From NCBI GenBank assembly GCA_013239625.1, contig MU054001.1, positions 2,238,151 through 2,302,150 on the forward strand: a DNA stretch of 64,000 bases, given 5' to 3'. Of this stretch, positions 47,971 to 60,683 are shown piece by piece. Positions within the stretch are counted from its first letter, which is position 1; every line of letters begins with the position of its first letter. The notes beneath the pieces were generated by a model. It ran no database searches, had not been told where the DNA came from, and saw only the letters and a list, made by a program, of their open reading frames with translations. A program made the position numbers and the translations under genes. This stretch comes from Lama guanicoe. Taxonomy: Eukaryota.

Positions 47971-48292
47971 CAGGAGTCAGCAAACCACTGTGTCCAACCC
48001 ACTGCTTCTTTCTGTACAGCCTCTGAGTTCAGAAGGGTTTTGACACCTTTTAAATGGTTAAAAAAAAATCAAAAGAAGAGCATTTCATGATTCATGTAAA
48101 TTACATGAGACTCAAATTACAATGGCCAGGAGTAAAGTTTTATTGGCACACAGACATGTCCATTCATTTACATATTATCTCTGGCTGCTTTGACACTGCA
48201 ACGGCTGAATTAAGTGGCTGCAACAGAAATGGTATTCTCCGCAAAGCCTAAAATATTGACTCTCCGGCCCGTTACAGATTTGCCTACCCCCA
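47971..48292 (+). mobile_element. MER58B hAT-Charlie element
   Basis: caggagtcagcaaac...ttttaaatggttaaaaaaaaatcaaaagaag...aaagttttattggcacacag...gcaaagcctaaaatatt. Confidence 0.85.
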
Positions 48293-48447
48293 TTTACCTA
48301 CCTCGTCGCATTTGCACCATAGACTTTCCACAGTTGGAACGATGTTATTCTAGGTGTTGCAGATGGAGATGGAGTGGGGGTGCACAGATGTCACTGTACC
48401 CAAGCACTCTGCATAATTTCTTTCTTTAAAAGTCACTTATAATGAGA

Positions 48448-48930
48448 TTTCTTTTTTTTTTTTTTTCTTTTTTTTTTTTTTTTTATCAGCTTACAATGTT
48501 GCATCAGTTTCTGGTGATCAGCATCATGTTTCAGTCATACATATACATACATATGTTTGTTTTCATATTCTTGTTCATTAGAGGTTACTACAAGATACTG
48601 AATAGAGTTCCCTGTGCTATACAGTAGAAACTTGTTGTTTATCTATTTTATATATAGTAGTTAGTATCTGCGAATCTTGAACTCCCAATTTATCGCTTCC
48701 TACCTCCTTTCCCCACTGGTAACCATAAGTTTGTTTTCTATGTCTGTGAGTCGTTTCTGTTTTGTGGATGAGTTCGTTTGAGTCTCTTTTTTTAGATTCT
48801 ACATGTAAGTGATATCATATGGTATTTGTCTTTCTCTTTCTGGCTTATTTCACTTAGAATGATAATCTCCAGGTCCATCCATCTTGCTGCAAATGGCACT
48901 ATTTTATTCTTTTTTTATGGCTGAGCAGCT
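48448..48930 (-). mobile_element. 5'-truncated young LINE-1 3' UTR
   Basis: Long T tail, ttacaatgttgcatcagtttctgg...agttccctgtgctatacagtag...tgctgcaaatggc; same family as 32198 and 58388. Confidence 0.9.
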
Positions 48931-48974
48931 TCTTTTTTTTTAGTATAATTCTTTTATGTCATAAAACACTGTTC

Positions 48975-49350
48975 TTTCATTTATTTATTTAACAAACATG
49001 TCTACAGTGCTCAATATGCAGCAGGCCCTAGTCTAAGTGCCTGACACATAGTAACTCATTGAATTCTCTCAGCTGCCCTGCTATTACTACCTCCATTTTG
49101 CAGATGGGGAAACAGAGGCACACGCTGAGGTTTAGTAACTAAATCCCCAGTCATGCAATCAGTCAGTGGCAGAGACAGAATTTGAACTTGGATGGACTTG
49201 GTTGGAATGCCCTTGATTGGCACCAAAGCACCATGTAAAGACCAACACATCATTTGATCTTTACAGCCATCCTGTGAGAAGTATGCCCACTAGTCCCACT
49301 TAATAGATATGGAAACTGAGAATGGAGGTTAAAAGACCCAAGGATGAACA
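48975..49350 (-). mobile_element. Two MIR copies
   Basis: ccattttgcagatggggaaacagaggcac; tagatatggaaactgag. Confidence 0.7.
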
Positions 49351-49359
49351 TCTATTTCA

Positions 49360-50105
49360 TTGCAAAGCCATTCATGCTTTCTCTGCCCTCCCCTCTTCTT
49401 GCCTGTGCCTGTTAGCCACCCTTATTTTCTTTCTGGTTCACTTCACAGCACTCTTCATGCACTTGGCTCTTTTTCATCTCTCAGATGAGGTGACCTTAGC
49501 AAAAAGTAAGTCTTGCCTCTCTCACAAAAAGCTCCCCAAATAGCTGTATTTGTTTCTCTCTCATGTAGAAGTGTGTGTAGATATTAAAGGCTGGTAGGCA
49601 GCTCCATTGTCATGAAGGACCAGACTCCTTTAATGTGTGTGGTTTCTGTCTTGGAGCCCAAAAATGTTGCTCTAGCTCCTGCCATCACACTTGACTTCTA
49701 GTCAGCCAAAGGAAGGAACAGAAAGTAGAACAACTTGCCTCTTTTGCTGACCTTCCATTGGCCAGGATTTGGTCAGATGGCCACAGCAAGCTGCAAGGGA
49801 GTTTAGGAAAACTAATCCTTTTTTTTTTGGAAGGCTTTATGCTCTGCTAAGACATAGATAGTTCCAGTGATGAGTGAGAAGGATAGAATGGGCGTGAAAA
49901 GATGATAGCCTCAGAGCCTTGTGCTTTGCCTTAATCACATTTCTCTAATTTGTAGTGAGACCTTAATTTGTGGGATTGTTATTGAATGTCTTTTTCTCTC
50001 ACTAGGCTAAAACTAAGACTGTCTTACTTGTTTCTGCTATGTCCCTAGCACTGGGCAGAGAGCCTGGCATGTGTGTAGCTAGCTGCTCAATAGTTTTTTG
50101 AATGG
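49360..50105. mobile_element. L2 3' region (+) interrupted by an MLT1 LTR (-, ~49490-49910)
   Basis: ccattggccaggatttggtcagatggccacagcaagctgcaaggga (MLT1); ccctagcactgggcagagagcctggcat...ttgaatggatg (L2). Confidence 0.6.
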
Positions 50106-50168
50106 ATGCCAACCAGAGTCAGTGATGGAACTTAGGACCCCAAGCTCTTAGCCTGTGTCCCCAGCTCT

Positions 50169-50204
50169 AGGCCAAGGTGTAGGTAAAGGCCAAGGTGTAG
50201 GTAA
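50169..50204. repeat. Perfect 18-bp tandem duplication
   Basis: aggccaaggtgtaggtaa x2. Confidence 0.95.
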
Positions 50205-51200
50205 AAGCTTATCTTCGTTAAGCTACAAGATGAGAAAACTCCAGGTAGAGAGTATATAGGTGAATACTCCTTTCCTGACCCTCTGGGTAGAGTTGTATTG
50301 TCTGATCAGTGACTGCCTACTTGGAGAGAGAGACAGCCAGTGAGGATGTGATATGAACACACGTACAGATCAACAGCAAAGGACTAACTTGGTAGCAAGA
50401 GGGCTGGTTTCCCGTGTGCAACCCTCTGCCCAAGTCACACTTGGCAGTGTCCTTTCATGAACCCCAGACAATAGGGGATGTAATCATGGGTCCATGATTT
50501 GAGCACAATTAGCACCAATCTTCATACCCTTGAGTGAGATCTCTGCTAGCCAAGGTCATTTTTATAGCTTTCTCCTGGGGAAATATCTTTTGTTGCCACT
50601 TACATTTTTCATTTTGCAGAATGCTTAGGAGAGATATCATTTCTCAACTGCCTACTACATGCCTGGACCACCCGGTCTCTGGAACGTATCCCCTCAATCA
50701 AACATTCAGTGGCTGTGAGAGATCGTCAGTATAACCAGTGGAAGAAACAGTGTTCTGTGTTCCCCAAACCATTTCTTTTTCCTCCTGAGCTCACGGAAAG
50801 GCTACATTTCTTATTTCTTTGATGGGGTGGTGGGGAGGGAAGGGTACTTAATCAGCTCTGGTCAGTGGAATGTGGACAGAAACAACATACGTTACCCCCG
50901 GGCCAGGCTTCTTCTTTCTCTCTGTCTTCACCTTCCGTGGAGGGATGGCCGTGTGTGAAGATGGTCTAGCTATGAAACAGAAGAAGCCTGCACCCTTCAT
51001 CCCTGAGTCCCGGTGTGAGAGACATCTCAGGAGCATCTTTTCAGAGTCATCCATACATGTTCCAGCCACCGCTGTGACTCCAAGCGCTCCATGTGTTCAA
51101 GTGTGCAACCCTTGTTTACACCAAAGCTCTATTGTTGGTGGCGAGTATATAGATCATTCAGAGGTGTAGGGGTGTGAAAGTTCCCTTGGGGCAAACTTTT

Positions 51201-52326
51201 TGTTTGTTTTTCCAGTGTTATTGAGAAATGCTTGTCTACATCACTGTATAAGTTTGAGGCGTACAGTGTGATGATTTGGTTTATGTCTACTACTATAAAA
51301 TGATTATTGCAGTAACTTCAGCTACCAGTCATCACCTCATATGGATACAATCAAAGCAAAGCAAAGAAAAAAAATTTGAAAATTTTCTCCTTGTGACGAG
51401 AACTCTTAAGATTTACTCCCCTAAGGGCAGAGGGTAGAGCTCAGTGGTAGAGCGCAGGCTTAGCATACACGAGCTCCTGGGTTCAATTCCCCAGTGCCTC
51501 ATTTAAATAAATAAAAACCTGATTATCTCTTCCCTCAAAAAATTGGCTTACTCTCTTAACAACTTGTCTGTATGTTATATAGCAGTGTTAACTCCAGTCG
51601 TCATGTTGTATGTTGCATCCCTAGTACTTACTTATCTCATAACTGAATATTTGTACCTTTTGACCTTCTTCCTCAGATTCCTCCTCTCCCTCCCCTCCAC
51701 CTCTGGCAACCACATGTCTGACTTCTTTTTCTATGAGTTTGGGTTTTTGTCTGTTTTTTTTAGATTCTACATATAAGTGAGCTCCTACAATATTTGTCTT
51801 TCTCTCTTTGACTGATTTCATTTAGCGTAATGCCTTCAGTGTCCATCCATGATAGGATTTACTCATTTTTTATAGCTGAATAATAGTCCATCGTGCACAC
51901 ATATGTAGAACTATACATGATCACAACTTCTTTGTCCATTCATCCTTTGATGCATACTTAGGCTGTTTCTACTTCTTGGCTATTCAACATGGGGGTGCAG
52001 ATATCTTTTTGAGTTAGTGTGTTCATTTCCTTTGGACATATTCCCAGAAGTGGAATTGCTGGATCATATGGTAGTTCTATTTTTCATTTGTTGAGGAACC
52101 ACTATACTGTTTTCCATAGTGGCTGCACCAGCTTACAATCCCACCAACAGGGCACAGGGGTTCCTTTATCTCTGCAACCACACCAGCACTTGTTCTCTCT
52201 TATCTTTTGATGATGGCAATTCTAACAGGCATGAGGTGATATCTCATTGTGGTTTGAGCATCTTTTCATGAACCTGTTGGCCTTTTGTATAGCTTCATTG
52301 GAAGAATGTCTATGTAGGTCCTTGCA
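51201..52326 (-). mobile_element. LINE-1 3' end (3' UTR and ORF2 C-terminus), interrupted by a SINE
   Basis: cccagaagtggaattgctggatcatatggtagttctatt...aggtgatatctcattgtggttt; TSD gcaaactttt (51191-51200 / 52327-52336). Confidence 0.92.
51425..51545 (+). mobile_element. tRNA-derived SINE (Vic-1-like)
   Basis: gagggtagagctcagtggtagagcgcaggcttagcatacacgagctcctgggttcaattcccc; degenerate TSD ttactcccctaa / ttactctcttaa. Confidence 0.9.
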
Positions 52327-53199
52327 GCAAACTTTTGATCTGTGGGGATGGGAGGCAGTAGATAAATGCTTCATCATTTTTATATCAGATGCATAGTCAT
52401 AAGGCCCATTTCATGCACCTTCTGAGAGTCTGTGGCATCACACACCCCATTGTTGTCAGTGGCCAACAACTCAGTGAGGCATCCTTGTACTGACTCTTCC
52501 TTTTAGCTTGCTTCACGCTGCTTGTTCTCACTCCTGCTGCCTGGTAACATGCTCCCTAATAAAGCGTTGGCACATGAACCTTTGCCTCAGGCTCTGCCTT
52601 TTGGGGGACCCTGTTTAAGACCCCCCACTGGACACAATGCTTTCTGGGAAAGCCAGTCAACCAGAACATCCATATTGACTTCTGTGTGAGCAGGAAAGAA
52701 ATTGTGATTGTATTGAAGCTGGGTTTGTTTATGACAGCAGCTAATGCTAATTACTCTCACAAATATATTACTGTCTTTTTACAGATATGAGAGCTGAGTT
52801 CAAGGAAGTGAAATAACTTTCTGTTAGTCACACAGTTTGTGTTAGAACCCGGGTTCAATCAAGATCCACGTAACTTGCAGTGATTTCTAGGAAATCACAA
52901 TTTACGTGAGATGTTTACAGAATTTCAGCAAAATAGCAGTCTTTTAGAGAGTTATTTCTTCATCTCTTCTTCCCTCCCCCAGCTCATCCAGTCTCAGGGG
53001 CTATGACAGTATCAAAGGGGATATTTGCTGAACTCAAAAAGCACTAGTGAAAGCCACCTCCCCCTTTCCATCAAGTAACATCCATTGATATATATGCCTG
53101 TCTTTTTATTTATTTGAGCAGAAGTAGGGGGAGAGATTCTTTTTCAGGACTATGGAAATAATTAAGACTTTGAAAAGGTCTCAGTTCCTAATTTGTCTC

Positions 53200-54130
53200 T
53201 TAGGATTACTCAATCAAGCAATCATCATGTATTACACGAAAAAGTTTCTATGTGATACATTCAGAAAACTAGCAAAAAGTAAGTAAAATCTCGACCATCA
53301 TCAGACTCACCTCTCAAAGAAGAGCATTGTTAAGAGTTTGGGGCAAAGCTATCTCTAATAGATCCATCTATCATCGCTCTGTTTATCTACTTATCCATTT
53401 ATTGATGTATTCATATGTATAGTTTTTTTTATCATTTTGTACATATATACACAGTTTGAAACAAAACATCTAGTTTTATTCAAAATGGCTGAAATCTTTT
53501 CCTCTTAATTCTGTATCAAGAAAATTTTCATTCAGCATATATTCATTAACTTATTCAACACATTTTACTCATTACCTACTACGTGCTAGGTGCTGTCTTA
53601 GCCTTGGGGGCACAGCCGTGAACCTGACAAATTCCTACTCTAATGAATTATGTAATAAAATTTTATCTTATGATGTAGTATTTTATTGCATAAAAGTACT
53701 AAATTTCACTTAACAAGTTACTCATAAATAGGAATTCTACATAGTTTCAATTTTATTTGTTGTTATAAAAAATACTGTAATAAATATTATTGAATGTATA
53801 TCTGTACATACTCATGCTATTATTTCTGTGAAATAGAAGCCTAGAAATAGAATTATTAAGTCACATTTTTATAGATACTATTAATCTACCCTCCAAAATA
53901 TTGTACCAAAGTTTTGATAGAATCTGAATCTGCTCTATTCTCTTTGCCCTCTCCTGCACTTAATGTTGTCAAAGTTAGGGATTTTTTTTCCACATCTTGT
54001 AAGGCGAAAGTAATAGCTCATTGTTTTTATGCATTTCTTTAGTATCATTTCATGTGTTTGTTGGCTGAATGTGTTTCTTCTGTGAATGGCTGCTCATGTA
54101 TCCACTTGCCTACTATTTGTTTTTCCTGTT
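53200..54130 (-). mobile_element. Old LINE-1 (L1ME-like) 3' region with an embedded L2 piece (~53530-53645)
   Basis: aaatactgtaataaatattattg...cctagaaatagaattatt...ctcattgtttttatgcatttcttt. Confidence 0.6.
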
Positions 54131-54534
54131 AATTAGTACTGAACTCGTACCGTTATGAACCTAACAGATAGATTCCCTCATGGAGCTTCCAGTCCAGCAT
54201 GGAAGAGAGACCTTGAGCAATGGTAAAAAGAAGCAAAAGCATCCCGTGAAAGTGTTGCATCCAGTTTTGTGGGAGCATCTAACAGTCTGGGATCGGAGTG
54301 AGTAGGGAAGACTTTCAGGGAGAGGAGCTATTTAAAAGAAGGAGGAATTGAACATGTGAAAGCAGACAAGGGGATTAAATTCCAGGATAAGGAAGCAGCA
54401 AGCATGAAGGCAACTAGGAGCCTCTGGTTTGGCTTTAGTGCTTACTTAGATATCTATATAACTAGCACTGCTTGTATCTGCAGAATAATGAGACCAGGTG
54501 ATGTTAAGATTACAATGTAATTTGTCCTTAATAT

Positions 54535-55510
54535 CATTAACAACAGTAACAGTAATAGCTAGCATTACTGATAAGGAAGTATGTTCCAGATACGTCTATG
54601 AGTACCTTATGTGTATTATCTCATTTAATCCTACACTAGATACTATTTTATTATTCCCATTTTACTGATGAGGAAACTGAGGCACAGCCAGGAAGTAGTG
54701 AAGCCTGTAATTACACTTGTATAGTAAGTACTCTGTGTCAGGAAATTTCTATTTCTGTTGTATTCTCCATAGTATCCACATTAAGACCTGGAGCTTCATT
54801 ATGTTTTCCCTTATATCATTGCTGTGTAATGTTGGGATCAGGACTCTGAGCATTAGATTCATCTTCTGTAAAATAAAAATATGATGATAATGATGCTTAA
54901 CATTGCTAGACCACTTTCTCTGTCAGTTTGGTAATTTGGATTATACTTCAGTTAAAAAAATTAACCTTATGATCTCAGAGTGTTATTTTTCACTCATGCT
55001 CCATCATGAGTTGGCTGGGAGAACCACTCCATGTTTCCTTTCTCTAGGACTTGAGCTCTCAGGGGTTCCATCGTCGTGTGGGCTTCCACTGTCCCTGCAG
55101 CAGGGGGAAGGGGCGCTATGGTGTCCCCCACTAGCAGCCAGGTGCTTCCATTCAGCAGTGGTGCATATTCTTCCACTTTCATTTCATTGGCCAAGGTAAG
55201 TCATGTGGTCACACCTGAGCTCCTGCACAGGGAAAGGCAGTCCCACCAGGTGCATAGAGAAAGAGGAACACGACCACTGATGAACTATCATCCGTGTGCC
55301 AACTCTGCTCTGTGTTTTACTATAGCAGCTCTCCTTGCCAACAACCCTGTTTAGTAACTATGATTGCTGTACCCATTTTAAAGATGAGGAAGTTAAGGCA
55401 CAGGAAGGTTGAGTAACTTGCCCAAGATCACTTGGCTAGTAAATGGTAAAGCCAAGTTTCAACGCCGCCCATCAGTCCTCAAATCCCATACCCTTATACC
55501 ATGCACTATA
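54535..55510. mobile_element. MIR copies (54535-54720 -, 54780-54900 +, 55290-55510 -) and an MLT1 LTR (~54910-55290 -)
   Basis: cccattttactgatgaggaaactgaggcacag; catttcattggccaaggtaagtcatgtggtcacacctga; gagtaacttgcccaagatcac. Confidence 0.7.
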
Positions 55511-57167
55511 TTTACCTTACGGGGCTATTCTGAGACTAATAGATAGCCTACGTTCTCAAGTCTCTTCCTATCACAGGGAGTACCTGCACTGCTGTTGGGG
55601 TTGTTACTGCTGCTTCCTCAGTGTGCAGGGCTCAGGACGTCCTTGGGGGTGAAATTGATTTGACTCTGCCCCTTTCAGTGGCCTTCGCCATCTCCACTAC
55701 CCATCCACAGAAGCAGGTTTTTCAGGAGGTGTTGCCGTCTTTGTCATGAATGAGTCCCACACGAACAACCCTGCACACAATCTTTTTCCAGTCCAGTTCC
55801 CATTAACCTAAAAATCTCAGGCAAGCGCAGTGATTAGAATGAATAAACATCAGTCACCAAAGGGCCGGCTCTGTGAGTAAGTCATGTAGCACAATGTAAA
55901 GTGGGATAACATGTCGTAAATTAATGTTGTTAAAATGAATACTTGATAGTAATCCCAAGGAAGGCTATTCACCATCAGCACTTGAAGCGACAGGAGCAGT
56001 GTGGAAGCCAAAGCAATTTGCATCGCATGGAAACGCTCAGGTTTGCCACTGCTGATGAATTCTCAAATGCTTTGGCTGTTCTCCATATGCAGAGCTGTTT
56101 AATGTTTACCTAAAAAGCAATGGGGCAGAGATGTGCTCTCTGTGCCTTATGAATGGGGAATGATAGAGGTCAGTAGTGATGCACATGAAGCAAAGCAAAG
56201 GAAATCTATTTTTAGTTGCCATCCCCCTCCCTGACTAACACACCTGGCTTTTCTCCTCTCTGGAATTTGATGAGATGATTCCATCTCGGAGGTGAGTGGA
56301 AAGAGACACGGTCAAGACACCAGCATTCATCTACTCTCTCTAACCCACCTCCCTTTCCTGGTCTGTCTCCTCCGGTGATCAGCCTCCATTTTTTTTGGTG
56401 GGGGTGGTGCTGTGGTTTCTATATGCCCAATCAGACAGCTAAGAGATGTTACTTCCATCAGTGTGAATCTTGGATACTCTTTTAAAAAGTATCCAGCCCG
56501 GGGCCCCAGGGTCCTCACACTCACCTCAAACGTCTTGGGTGCCACACAGAGAATAACACATAGCCTTTTGCCCTTCTCTCCTTCATGAAAACCCCCTATT
56601 CCCCTGTACCATGTCCTAACAGTGCGGACATAGCTTATCCGCATTACAGGCACATTTATCTCAGGAGGATGCAAATAGAAAGCAGGCAACCAAAAGAGGG
56701 AGGAAAAGAAACAAACGTGAAGAGTGCTGATGAGCCCACCCCCACGTCCACTTCTCAGGAGGCTGAGAAGGGGAAGGGGAGCCTCATGGTCTCGGGGCCT
56801 GCTGGCTCCTCAATGACATGAGCGGCTCTCTAGACTGAAAGCAAGGGTTAGGTTTAAAGATATGCAGTTTTCATAGAACATGCCCCTTGATATCTTCTCA
56901 AGGGAGTGTGACGACAGTAACTTGCTTTTCATCTAAAGAGGGAGAACCTATACCCCACTGTAACGGGGGAATACAATGATAAGTTAACACCATTTAAGCT
57001 CGTTCTGTAAACTGAACTTTCAGTAGATTTTGCACCTTCTGGGATTTGTATCAGAAAGGACAGAGGATTGCTCTTCCTTGTGTGCCTTCTCTCTTGTGCC
57101 ACCAAGAAAAAAATGTCATTAGTCTCGAATAGGGCAGCCCATTGCTTAATTTTCATTTGGTTGAGAC

Positions 57168-57839
57168 CAGGATTTCTCAAACTTGAGCAATACTTATGTA
57201 GACTCTTTTTAGAGGAAAATAATCTTCCTGGGTCCCCATGAGAACATAAAGTAGTTTTATTAAAATGTTAATATAGCAATATAAAATCAGATATTATCTC
57301 CTTGTGTTTATTTTTTTAGTCAATTATGGAACCAAAACAAGTTGGAGATTAAATATAAACATCATGGCAGATCCAATAAAATTCAAGTGAAAATTATTCA
57401 ATAAATATGGTGGATCATGCTGTTTGGCTGGATTGGAGTCCTCTCTTTGGACCTGGTTGTCATCCTTTGGGCTTTGCACCGGCTCTCCTGGGGCAGGAGA
57501 CACAAGCTACCAACAGCACTCCTATCCGTCTTCTCCTCATCGCTTAGCATGAATTTATCATCTCATATAAATTTATGCACTGGACCCTTCTTTTCTGCAG
57601 AGAGAAAAGGTAATAGTGCTTGGAGTCTACATGATGGTCAATAAAAAATACAAAAGCCTTTTCTGAAACCATGTGGTTAAACTCCACTAGAGAAGTTGGC
57701 CATTCAGATGACCCACAGTATGCTTTTATTGATTTCTTTCTGCTTGTCATTGCAGTTGCATATGACAATGAAGATTTCTTTTGGAGAGAAGAATGTGTGT
57801 GAACCCTCAGGGGCTGTGGACTCTAGTTTGAGCACAGTG
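57168..57839. mobile_element. hAT-Charlie non-autonomous element (~670 bp)
   Basis: Degenerate TIRs caggatttctcaaact / agtttgagcacagtg flanked by gttgagac / ttctagac, resembling the Charlie NTCTAGAN target. Confidence 0.55.
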
Positions 57840-57924
57840 TTCTAGACAAATTCTCCTAATGACCTTTCCGTTTCCCTGCCAATCATCTCCGTTTGCACCC
57901 CAGGACAGGTGCACCATCGGAGTG

Positions 57925-59255
57925 TGGTCAGTTTAGAGGATCCAGTTGGACAATCTGGAAACCTGGATTCTGGGCTCCCATTCTGGTTGTAGCCCTAACT
58001 AGCTCTGAGTCTGGCCAAGTCTCCTCTCAGGTCTCTACCAGCCCAAGATAAGCCACCAGCATCTTCTGTCCCACCTGGAATGGCTCCCAACTTGCCAACC
58101 TGCTTCCACTCTTGGGCCCCTCCCCTATCCATTCTTCACCCTGCAGCAGAGCACAATCTTGTTAAATTGGAAATTAATCACATCACTTCTTTGTTTAACA
58201 CTCTTCCATTGGGGTTCCAATTTTACTTAAAATAAGACCCATGGACTACCGAGCTGTGTGTGATCTAGCTCCGCCCATCTCTCCAGCTCCATCCCTGCCT
58301 CACTTCCTCTCCCACCCCATGTTCCAGCCCCAGAGTTTCACTGTAGTTCTTCAAACTGCTTCAGTTCTTCTCTACATCAGGCTTTTGTCTTTTTTAAAAA
58401 ACATATTTTTTTGAGTATAGTCAGTTTACATTGTTGCATCAATTTCTGGTGTACAGCACAATGCTTCAGTCATACAGGAACATATGTATATTTGTTTTCA
58501 TATTCTTTTCACCATAAGCTATTATAAGATATTGAATATAGTTCCCTGCGCTATACAGTATAAACTTGTTGTTTATCTATTTTATATTTATTAGTTAGTA
58601 TCTGCAAATCTTCAGCTCCCAATTTACCCCTTCCCACCCCTTTCCCATGTCAGTAACCATAAGTTTGTTGTCTATGTCTGTGAGTTTGTTTCTGTTTTGT
58701 AAATAAGTTTGTTTGTCTTTTTTTTTTTTTAGACTCCACATATAAGTGCTATCATGCAGTATTTTTATTTCTCTTTCTGACTTATTTCACTTAGAATGAC
58801 ATTCTCCGGGTCTATCCATGTTGCTGCAAATGGCACTATTTTATTCTTTTCTATTGCTGTGTAGTATTCCTTTGTATAAATATACCACAGCATTAGACTT
58901 TTGAATGGGCTTTTTCTCTCGCTGCTTCCACCAGTCAGCTTTTCTCTCCCTGGTTTCTTATTAGACTTTAGATCTCAGCTGAATTCCCTACTTTTTCAGA
59001 TAGACCATCTCTGATTACCCTACCTTGATTATATTCCCCCTAAACATTGCTCTCTGTCTCCATATTTGTTAAATTTCATCACACCACAGTTCAGCTGTGT
59101 GATGTGGGTGGATTTTCCTCTTTGATTCTGTCTTGCTTCCCTAGGAGGGCAGAGGCATCGTCTGCCTTGTTATCATGGTGTCCCCCTACACTTAGGACAG
59201 TCCTGGCATAGAGTTGATGTTAAATTACTTAATTAACATTTGGGAAAGAATGAAG
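57925..59255 (+). mobile_element. MIR fragment, then an L2 3' region split by L1
   Basis: ccattcttcaccctgcagcagag...catcacttctttgtttaacactcttcca; cctggcatagagttgatg. Confidence 0.65.
58388..58890 (-). mobile_element. 5'-truncated young LINE-1 3' UTR
   Basis: gagtatagtcagtttacattgttgcatcaatttctggtgtacagcacaatg...; TSD catcaggcttttg (58375-58387) / cattagacttttg (58891-58903). Confidence 0.9.
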
Positions 59256-59867
59256 GCTTCCCATTGGCCTCATTTCCTGGGCTTCATCTTCCTTAGCTGT
59301 AGAGTGGAGTTAATAATGCCTGCTTTATTTGACATCATTCACTTAACACAGGTAACTTGCTAGATACCAGAGACACACATTATCCTGAAAAAGTTCAAAG
59401 GGTCCTGAGGAAGGTCAAGGGCTGGAAGTTTGGTGTCAAGAGCTGGATACAGGGTGTGTGACTTGGGGCTGACTCCCCCAGCCCCTCAATTGAGAGCATT
59501 GCCCCTCGGGTACTAACAGCCCAGCACCCTGTGTGCCTTCCTTTCCCCATTCTTGTTAATCTGACTGCCTTTGATTCAGAACAGAGTGTACTTTAGGTAT
59601 GATTGTTGAATGAGCATGGTCATGAACTTAGGAAACTCTTAAGTCTTTCAACCATCTTCCCACTTCACTCTTATTTAACATCTCTTCTTGCTTATCCTCT
59701 TCCCACTTTCATCCTGGACATCCCGACGGAGTGAATGTCACTTGGGTCATCAGTCCAGTCATTAAGTGAGCACATAATGAGCACCTACTATCTGCTGAGC
59801 ACTGTTCCTGGTGTTTCTAAGTGGTGGAGGACTATGTTTCTGCTGCCTCTGAGAGCAACACAGTTCT

Positions 59868-60128
59868 TGTTTTCATAAGTGATATATAGTAGATTTACAA
59901 TATTGTTAGCTTCAGGTTTACAGCATAGTGATTGATTTTTTTGCAGATTATATTCCATTATTGATTATTACAAGATGTTGGGTGTAACTCCGTGTGCTAC
60001 ACAGTAAATCCTTGGTGCTTATCTAGTTAGTGGATAGTAGTTTGTATCTGTTGATCCCATACTCCTCATTTGTTCCTCCCCTACCCCCTTTCCCCTTTGG
60101 TAACCATAAGTTTATTTTCTATATGAGA
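59868..60128 (-). mobile_element. 5'-truncated LINE-1 3' UTR
   Basis: gatttacaatattgttagcttcaggtttacagcatagtgatt...ttcccctttggtaaccataag; TSD caacacagttct (59856-59867 / 60129-60140). Confidence 0.9.
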
Positions 60129-60229
60129 CAACACAGTTCTAGTCCTAACACAGGCTTGGAGTTTGGTGTGCTAGCTGCTTTTCTGAAGCACATGTCCCTT
60201 ACAGAACTCTGGGATACAGTGACCACATG

Positions 60230-60480
60230 GGGAGGTGCAGAGAATGCTAGAGCAGGGCTTCAAGAATGAAGTAAGAACCTTGCCTTCTGCTACATTATCC
60301 ATGTGACACTGGGTGGGTCTCTTAACCTCTCTGAATCAAGGACTTCCAGGTAAAACAGGGCTATCAATTCCCCCTCCATCTACTTCTCGGGGTTCTTTTC
60401 AGATTAGAAAAAAGATGAGTGTAAGGGAGCTTAGATGAAGCATAGAACAGAGTGAAAATATAATGACCTCAGTGAATTCA
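60230..60480 (+). mobile_element. MIR fragment
   Basis: atgtgacactgggtgggtctcttaacctctctgaatc. Confidence 0.55.
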
Positions 60481-60683
60481 CTGGCTGTAAAATGTAAGCA
60501 GAGGGAAAGATGAGGAAACTAATGTTGACTACATATTTCCTGGGTGCCTGAGGCTGTGCCGAACGCTTATTGTACCACCCTCAAACCCCCACCCCCTAGA
60601 ACCATTTTATGAAGAAGAAACTGGGACCAAGAATGTTTAGGTCACTTTTTCACCATTGTGCAGACAGTAAGCAATGGGGTCAG

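Larger units (their letters stand above)
51050..52621 (+). mobile_element. ERVL LTR (LTR16-like) split by L1
   Basis: cccttggggcaaactttt|gatctgtggggatgggaggcagtagataaatgc...ccctaataaagc...cctttgcctcaggctctgcctt...taagac. Confidence 0.7.
50745..52765 (+). mobile_element. MaLR LTR (MLT1I/J-like) split by nested elements (pieces ~50745-51045 and ~52620-52765)
   Basis: ggctacatttc...tggtcagtggaatgtggacagaa...tgtgaagatgg; resumes tgtgagcaggaaagaaattgtgattgt...ttgtttatgacagcagcta. Confidence 0.65.
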
